Assembly (NCBI GenBank): GCA_951406725.2
Contig: OX597822.1
Coordinates: 35,464,001-35,528,000, forward strand
Length of the DNA stretch: 64,000 bases
Direction: 5' to 3'
Source of the DNA: Octopus vulgaris
Taxonomy: Eukaryota
The notes under the pieces were generated by a model that did not search any database, was not told the DNA's origin, and was given only the letters and a program-made list of their open reading frames with translations. The position numbers and the translations under genes were made by a program. Shown one piece after another: positions 55,625 through 64,000 of this stretch. The first letter of the stretch is position 1; every line of letters starts with the position of its first letter.

Positions 55625-56011
55625 TGGAAGCACTCCGTCGGTTACGACGACGAGGGTTCCGGTTGATCCGATCAACGGAACAGCCTGCTCGTGAAATTAA
55701 CGTGTAAGTGGCTGAGCACTCCACAGACACGTGTACCCTTAACGCAGTTCTCGGGATATTCAGCGTGACACAGAGAGTGACAAGGCTGGCCCCTTGAAAT
55801 ACAGGTACAACAGAAACAGGAAGTAAGAGTGAGAGAAAGTTTGTGGTGAAAGAGTACAGCAGGGATCACCAACATCCCCTGCCGGAGCCTCGTGGAGCTT
55901 TTTTAGGTGTTTTCGCTCAATAAACACTCACAACGCCCGGTCTGGGAATCGAAACCGCGATCCTACGACCGCGAGTCCGCTGCCCTAACCACTGGGCCAT
56001 TGCGCCTCCAC
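55625..56011 (-). mobile_element. SINE family C, tail type 3, flanked by about 175-bp direct repeats
   Basis: 55447-55622 ~ 56012-56184. Confidence 0.9.
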
Positions 56012-56199
56012 AATTTGATAAATATTTATAGTAAAACTATATACCTACACGATTCTTCGATGTCAATCAGATAAAGAAACTCATTAAAACATTCATAAAA
56101 TATTCTAGCATTGGTACATGGACACTAATTTTAAGAGGAAGTGCAGAGTCGATTGAACTGGGTTAGTATACGCCGAGAGTTAATAGACATGGGTAGCTT

Positions 56200-56640
56200 A
56201 GTTATGAACGGAAGATCAACGCGTTCCGAGTTAGTGGGATTAGAAAAACTACGATTCGGTATATAACTAGTGATTTTGGATACAGATGAAGGAGGATTGT
56301 GGTTTGGTTATAAGAGGGAAGTTGAAAGATATGGTCTTTTGCAGGGTATTTCAAGCCGAGGGAATGATAAATACATAACGTGTGTTAATATATATGATTG
56401 GGGACTCATGGATAAGTTATATGCGGATGATCAACACTTATGGACTTTTGTAGGCCTTCCAGGTTTGTTGAAATGAGAAGAAAGTACGACTCAATTGGTT
56501 ATTACAGTAGAAATCTGTGTATTAAGGGATCGGGTTGTTTTCAGGGAAGCGACCTGGTTTGAAGACTTGCAGCAGAGGGGACTTCATTAAAGGCTACTCA
56601 GGATCTGTAATGTTACAGAGGATATCCAGGCTGGGTATAA
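56200..56640 (+). mobile_element. Decayed LINE RT fragment
   Basis: KLYADD motif at about 56414-56431. Confidence 0.35.
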
Positions 56641-57284
56641 CACAGAACACCAAAGAGAGTCTAATTATCAAATTTTGATGTATTTTACTGTTGCCATAAC
56701 TGATGTCGTTTGAGTTTAAATCTTTTATCTTTTATTTGTTTCGACTGTTGGACTTCGGCCATGCTTGTGCACCGCCTTAAAGGGTTAAGTCGAATAAATC
56801 GATCCCAGCATTTGGTACTCATTTTATAGGTCCCTTTTGTTTTGCTAAGTTACGGTGACGTAAACAAACCAACACTAGATGTGAAGCGGTAAGTGGAGGC
56901 AAACACCAACATAAACAAGCACATTCACACGCGCACATACACAGCCGCTCACACACGCGCGTGCACACATGCACATGTATGTATGAATATATTTTTATTT
57001 GTATATATGTGTATACGACGAATTTTCACACAGTTTCTGTCTTCAAAATTCACTCAAAAGGCATTGGTCGGCCCGGAGCTACATTAGAAGACACTTTCTC
57101 AAGGTGCTGCTCAGTGGAAGTGAACCCGAAGCCACACCCTTCTATCTCTCTCAAAATGCAGCTTATTATCTAAGAAAGGAAATACACATTCATTAATCCG
57201 GTTTGCCGCACGAAATTATAAAGACGGAATGGTCACGACTGGAATTTTTCTGTACGTGACTAGAGCTGACGACAACCGAAATAA

Positions 57285-57705
57285 TAGTTTCAAATTTTGA
57301 CAAAACGTCAGCAATTTCAGTGAGAGGGAGACACTCGATTACATTGACACCAGTACATGGCTGGTATTTATTTTATCAGCGCCGAAAGGAAGAAAAGCAA
57401 AATTGACGTCGACGAGATTTGAACTCAGAACGTAAAGCGAATTTTATTTCTTTATTGCCCACAAGGGGCTAAACACAGAAGGGACAAACAAGGACAGACA
57501 AACAGATTAAGTCGATTATATCAGCCCCAGTGCGTAACTGGTAATTATTTAATCGACCCCGAAAGGATGAAAGGCAAAGTCGACCTCGGCGGAATTTGAA
57601 CTCAGAACGTAACGGCAGACGAAATACGGCTACGCATTTCACCCGGCGTGCTAACGTTTCTGCCAGCTCGCCGCAGAACGTAAAGCGAATCTGCCAGCTC
57701 TCCGC
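57285..57705 (-). mobile_element. Nested family B SINEs
   Basis: Younger copy with cagaacgtaaagcgaat duplicated at about 57427-57443 and 57674-57690. Confidence 0.75.
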
Positions 57706-58779
57706 CTTGAAAACCACCACAATAATTATGTCTATTATAATCACAAGGCTTAAAATTTCGAGAAAGTGAATAAGTCGATTACATCGACCCCGGTCCTAAT
57801 TACTTATTTTAGCGACCTCGAAAGGGCAAAGCTGATAGCAGCGGAATTTGAACTCAGAACATAATTTATTTTATGTTGTTAATCATTTTCTTAATCATTT
57901 TGTCCGACGTACGAACGATTTCGCCTGCTAGCCGCGTTAACAACCAACATAATCCTCCCAACAACTGCTACTTAACATGAAAGCATAATAGCAATTGGTA
58001 TGTCATTTTTTTTTTCTATGTAGACTAATTTATACTTGTCGAATCTATAGTCATAAAAATTATTATTCTTCGCATCATAATAATTTTCCAATCGAAATTT
58101 GAAACTTATTGACAAACAAAAATCAATAGGTTAAGGAACATATATTTTGATATATTTGATATATTAAATAGATCGTCTATACTAATTGCTTGCTTGTTTG
58201 AATTCAGCAATAATTTCTACCTTCTACTTCAAATATAATGAAACACTATATGTAAGTACGTATGTATGTATGATAAATCAGCCTAATTTAATTGCCTCAT
58301 AAATTTTATGAGGCCATCAACGCTGGCCTTTTCTCTGTTTAATGACTTCTAAATAACTGATATCAATTTATTTAATGTCTTTTACAAGACACATTATGAA
58401 TAATCCATGTATTTTTGAACACTACAGATCCAAGAAATGTAATTAAGTAGTCTGGCCGTTAATATGTATAGCGGGGAAAAGTTATTCATATTATGGAAGT
58501 TTGAAGTGGAACTGAGAAATTGATCCCCATGGTCGCCTGGGGAACCTATTTCAATTATAAATACCCTGGATGTTATCAAGTAGTCAATTAGTAAAAGTCG
58601 GTGTAACAAGCGTACCTTGAGACTATTGACTAATATCTATTTTCAATATTGAGTCATATAATCTTAATGTAAATACACCCCTAATGCATCGTCCTCAAAA
58701 TTTACAAACTAAAAATCCCGGTTGTTATATTGTCTCCATCTTTATCTGCCCAACCGAATTTCTTTCTGTATGCATTGAC

Positions 58780-59280
58780 AAAATACTATCTCTCTTCGTC
58801 GCTGCCCTCATGAATTAAAAACTTCAACTCATCCTCTTTTCTCCATCGACAGTGAACGCTCTTTTTCAGTATGGATGACACTCTAAACAGTCACCACCAC
58901 CCCCATCGGCGTTCATCCATCCCGTAAATACTTTGTAGATAACTTTAAAACGAGAATGATCACACTTCTCCACGTAGCTAAATTCGTACTAACCCTTAAC
59001 TGCCTTTTTCTTCTCTGACGAACAATTCAGTGGGGTCGCTATAGGTAACAAGACAGATCCCATCTATGAAAACTTATTGAAGAACACTTTAAGGAGAAAA
59101 CTCTTGTCCAGTCCAACGAATACACCTCTGAGTTGTATTGTCGTTATACTAACAACTGTGTGGGTGGGTGGTACCATGCTCAGCAGGCATCAGCTCAATA
59201 CGATCATCTCTTTTATGAACTTTTTCCACACTCCCTTGAAATTTACCTCTTCTGTAATCAACACCAACTCTCTGTAACAT
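58780..59280 (-). mobile_element. Decayed RTE-like LINE RT fragment
   Basis: Remnants resembling GVRQG-x-LSP-x-FN and FIDGICLV (compare FxDD). Confidence 0.35.
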
Positions 59281-59472
59281 AATTCAATAAATTGTCTCTG
59301 TAACATAATTCAATAAATTGTCCTCCGATGATCCGTTAAGGTTAGACATCCAGTTGCAATTGGAACAGCCAATGCAGTGTTCCAAAGAGCTACAATGGCG
59401 AAACGCACGTAAGAACAAATTAAATAAATTTGTGTTCATCGTAATTTCTAACACACACACACACACGCACAC

Positions 59473-59509
<37 letters not shown>

Positions 59510-60916
59510 TGCACATATGTATCTATAATCAAAACGGTTTCTATAATTGTTGCAGGTTAAGGAACACTCCGATTCATCGTGCCGTATGCTTACATGCTTT
59601 CGATGGGGTAGGACATGTTCATAGGTTTACGAACAACGTCTCGTCGATGCAAAAGTACTTTGCAACTTGTTGGCATAACAAATAGTACGAAAACTATTCG
59701 AGGTAAAAATTATTCGCATTATTGTTTGGTTGAGTTCTTCTTGTCATGGTTAGACAACTAAAACATACCGTCCTAAAATTGTCTTATTTGTGTGTGGCTA
59801 AGTCTGGGACAGTCTTCGCCAGTTTCGAAATACAGAGCATAAAAATCAATACTCTCAAGCGATCTCTTTAAGATTCATATTTGTTTTATAATCATTTTTT
59901 TTGTCGGTGCGGAAAGTATTACCTCCACACGGCTACCGAGTGGGGTGGGGGGAGAAAGCCTGTCCCGACTGCTTGCCTCACAGTTGACTCATCTGAAGTC
60001 ATCCAAGTTGCCTGATGGTGGCATTAAACCGAGCGATTAATTAAGTCTACAAACAACGCAGGCTGCGGCGGTATTTGAACTCAACGGCAAGCAATCGGAA
60101 GAAATATCACAAAGCATACAGTCAGACGTTCTTACATTCCTGCCAATCCACCGTCCTGAAATGTTACTCGTTCAAATTCCCCCGAAAGAATAAAAACATG
60201 AAGTTGACTTCGATGAAATTTGAACTCAAAGCGCTGTGGGCTCAAGTTAAATGCCTCAAGGAATTCTGTCTGACACTCTAATGACTCTCCCAATTGGCCA
60301 CCCAAGCCTGTAGGTTACACTGTAACAACAAGGTCTTAGTTCTTTTCATTAACCGGACGAAATAATTTCTATATCATTTATTCGTAATATCATATTTAGT
60401 TGGTACATCACATCTCTTCTATATCATTGCATATCTTTGTTCTCTAGTCCAAACAACAATGGATTTTATTGGAGTTTTAATCAAAACATTCTTCCAATAT
60501 TCTTTAATTTGATGAGCGTATAAACATTCCCGACCATTATAGGTTTTTAATATCTTTACAACCGAAATTCATTGTATAGTGTTTTTATTCTATAAATCGT
60601 TACAGCATGATATATGAATGTATTCTCATTATGAGTTATACGAAGGATTCATTTTCAACGGACTTCATATTACAGCGATATCAATAACGTCCATCGCCAA
60701 TTAGACTGGGTCACAGCGCTCTGTCAACATACAGTAACGGATATGCTTTAGAAAGAATGTAAATGGACGTAAAATTGTAAAATGGATATCGTTCTCAATG
60801 ACAGCGTTACAGATTCGTAAGATTAATTTCGAATTATCATTTTCTAATTCCTATAATTTAGTCTATTCTTCGGTCATTTAACGTCGTATACACGTGTGCG
60901 CGCGCACGCATAAACA

Positions 60917-60982
<66 letters not shown>

Positions 60983-61079
60983 CGTGTGTGTACGTGTGTG
61001 TAAGTTAATACAGGAGTTATGCGTGAGCTACTTCAATACCGATACCTTGACAGTTTTCTCTTAGTCTGACAAGCAGCGA

Positions 61080-61830
61080 GCCTGAGCTGGTAACTGATAA
61101 CACTAAGTTGCAGCTAGAGAAAGTGTCTCAGCATATGGCATCTCAGATGAGGGGGCCTACCACCACGGAACAGGAAAATTGCCATATCGTCCGGCCTATT
61201 ACCATCCCCTCGGTCTAGCCCCGCTGTTTCGAGCTGGAAAGGGAAGCCTACGGCGTTTAGACCATGCTTTATGATCTTGTTAATGGCAACATGGCATGGA
61301 AGATGGCCAGCACTATGACAGCATGACAGTGGGTGGAGGCCGAAAGTATCCAGTGGATCCACAGCGACATTCATGAGGCTCAAACATCTAGAAGCCAGGC
61401 CCCTGGAAAACGCCGATGCGCAGAGAGTTACTTTCGGCCTCCACCCACTGTCATGCTGTCATAGTACTGGCCATCTTCCATCAAGCTGAATGTCAGTTGC
61501 AAGTAATGGTACCGCATTGATCCAAGGTCCACTGTAAGGCTCGGAGGCTGAGTGAAAACATGTCAGACGGTGCCGGTTAAGTCCGCGGTTGTACCACACT
61601 AGATGGCTTCCCATTTCTTTTGAGAAGAGCGGATGTCCACAGAGTGGAGAGAGTGTTCCCTAATAATAGATGGTTCAATAGTGTTGTAAAGGACCCTGTT
61701 AATAATGACACGGCAAGAGGTCACCAACGAGAGAAGAGCCGACAGGGCCAGTGGGACAGGAGATCGAAGGCCGAGCCCGCCATATTTGATGATTAAGATG
61801 ACTCGTTGCCTGGTAACTTAGACGTCCTTT
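61080..61830 (-). mobile_element. CRE-clade non-LTR retrotransposon fragment (RLE region)
   Basis: KYGGLGLRSPVPLAL; GLHPLSCCHSAG..H..IN.IIK; LETAGLDRGDGNRPD; internal inverted duplication. Confidence 0.7.
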
Positions 61831-63240
61831 TTCAAGAATGGAGTGACAAGAGTATTTGCTGCTCTACTCTTGAAAAGAGAGGCCTAATCTGCTTAACTAT
61901 TTCGTCTGGACTTCTCTGCATCTGGGTGAAATCCTTTCTCGTTTGTTACTAAAATTAACAGTCTTTAACTGACTAAATTTACAGTATTTAATTTCTTACA
62001 GACGTATATCAACTTTATTTTTGTAATGTTGTTATTGTTAGTCAAGGACTGCATTATCTAAAGAGTCACATTTTTTTAAAGACACTTGAACATGATGCGA
62101 GAGTGATTTGGTAGCAAATATTTGCGAGTTGTCAGTCTGGTTCGTTACGATTTAGTTCTTTTTGGAATGTAAACAGTGAAATCATCGCAGTACATATTCC
62201 ATCCCTAAATTCACCACCAAATCATCAGGATTAAGTTGAGAATATACAGAGAGAGAGGTGGGTGAGAGAGACAGAGAATGGCATTAAATTAGCTATCATA
62301 AATATATTACATTCAACACTCTTTCGTTTCTTTCAATTCGCTTCTCTGATAACATTTAATATACAACGTATATGTATACAACACCTGATATATAACGTAT
62401 ATGTATACACACCTATGCTTTTAGTTATAATTAATTGTATCAAAATATTTTGGCCTCAGTTGTTTTAATATCGTATTAATCAACAACAAATAAAATATTT
62501 TATGATACATTACTCAAGGAAATCGATTATATTATCTTTTTCGGACGCATAAAATATATTTATTTCATTCAAAGTAATTTGATTTCATGCTGGTCTCACA
62601 CGGCATCAAATTTAATGATTTTTAAGTGAAGTTTTGACGTAAAAATATTTCTGCAAACACAAAAGCTAAAACGTAGAACATTTTTCTTTTTAAATATCAC
62701 ATTATGTAAACAATTCTGAAGTAATAAACAAACTAACATGTTTTTAATAACTATGTGTATGAAATGCGTGGTGAAATAAAAGAAAATTTGTTTAGATTAA
62801 CTGATAAGATTAAAAAAAAAAAGAATTAATGGATCTCCATCGGTTTCGAAGATAAGTGTTCAGTTGTTCAATGGACAGAATTACTTGCTTATTGAATTAG
62901 CGTGTAAGTGGTGACAGAGTATTCCATAGACATGTCAGTGACCGAGTATTCCATAGACGCGTAAGCTTCATTCTCAATTAGTGTGACATGGTTGTTTGAG
63001 TTATAAGTACCATCCATCCACCAGGCTTCTATACAGTTTCCGTCTACATAATTACACTTTCATGAAATGGATTGATCCGACATTATAGAAAATTATATTT
63101 GTCCAAGTTGTCAGGTAATGAGATCGAACCTGGAAATTCGTGATAGCTAGTTCTTAATCATTTCTTACTTATTAAAAATTTACGATCAAAAGTTAGTCGT
63201 TTTTCGGAGTATCATTCCATGCCTATTGTATTTATTACAC

Positions 63241-63661
63241 TTTTACACTTTTACTTGTTTCACTCATTTGACTGCGCCCATGCTGGAGCACCGCTTTTAG
63301 TCGAACAAATCGACCCCAGAACTTATTCTTTGTAAGCCTGGTACTTATTCTATCGGTAATTTTTGCCGAACCGTTAAGTTAAGGGGACGTAAACACACCA
63401 GCATCGGTTGTCAAGCGATGCTGGGAGGGGGACAAACACAGACACACAAACACACACACACACACACACACATATGTATATATATATATACATATATACC
63501 ACGGGCTTCTTTCAGTTTCCGTCTACCAAATCCACTCACAAGACTTTGGTCGGCCCGAGGCAATAGTAGAAGACACTTGCCCAAGGTGCCACGCAGTGGG
63601 ACTGAACCCGGAACCATGTGGTTGGTAAGCAAGCTACTTACCACACAGCCACTCCCGCGCC
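63241..63661 (-). mobile_element. SINE family A, full length
   Basis: Reverse complement of 6389-6800. Confidence 0.9.
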
Positions 63662-64000
63662 AATTATTATCAAATATCAGTAATTAATCCAGCTGTCCTT
63701 CGGTCATCTTGTAAATAGAAGATCTAATCATAGATAAGTCAGGTCTACAAGGGCTAACCTGCGACCAAACAACAACAATAGCAACAACATATTACTTAAC
63801 TAGACTTATGTTAAAATTCCGGTTAGCCATGTCATCGAATCTTTCAACTTCATACACTCTTTGTATATGAGTTTTATAAAGATTAGCCAAATAACGAGGA
63901 AATGGAAACACTCAGTCAGACTTACTTGTCTACGACTTACTAAGATGGAGATAGAGACTCATATAATTCTTGCATAGATTATATTTGCTTCCATAATTCT

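Noticed and set aside
59269-59321. 26-bp tandem duplication, and similar short ones near 53700 and 62910
   Set aside because: Ordinary local slippage with no further structure.

Overview
AT-rich, microsatellite-dense animal genomic DNA. The SINE families and repeat landscape resemble those of coleoid cephalopods (Octopus-like), an inference from repeat content only. No convincing host protein-coding gene is visible, and almost all listed ORFs are microsatellite artefacts. The one substantial intact reading frame (about 38783-40078) is a 5'-truncated Penelope-like element (PLE) encoding RT plus a C-terminal GIY-YIG endonuclease, inside a 5-kb structure with about 1.47-kb inverted arms. The main pattern is roughly eleven unrelated elements, 0.2 to 5 kb long, with the same layout: microsatellite, inverted arm, body, arm plus a short unique extension, microsatellite. 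Several carry type I hammerhead ribozyme motifs with palindromic stem III: a canonical pair at 19447-19527/20152-20232 and variants at 3687-3794, 14931-15018 and 37363-37403/42191-42231. The window also holds many tRNA-derived SINEs, Dong/R4, Tx1, RTE-like and CRE-like LINE fragments, a non-autonomous Helitron, telomere-repeat MITEs, a head-to-head SINE palindrome with one shared TSD, and a SINE with a 175-bp flanking duplication. All alignments and folds were done by eye, so boundaries may be off by a few bases.
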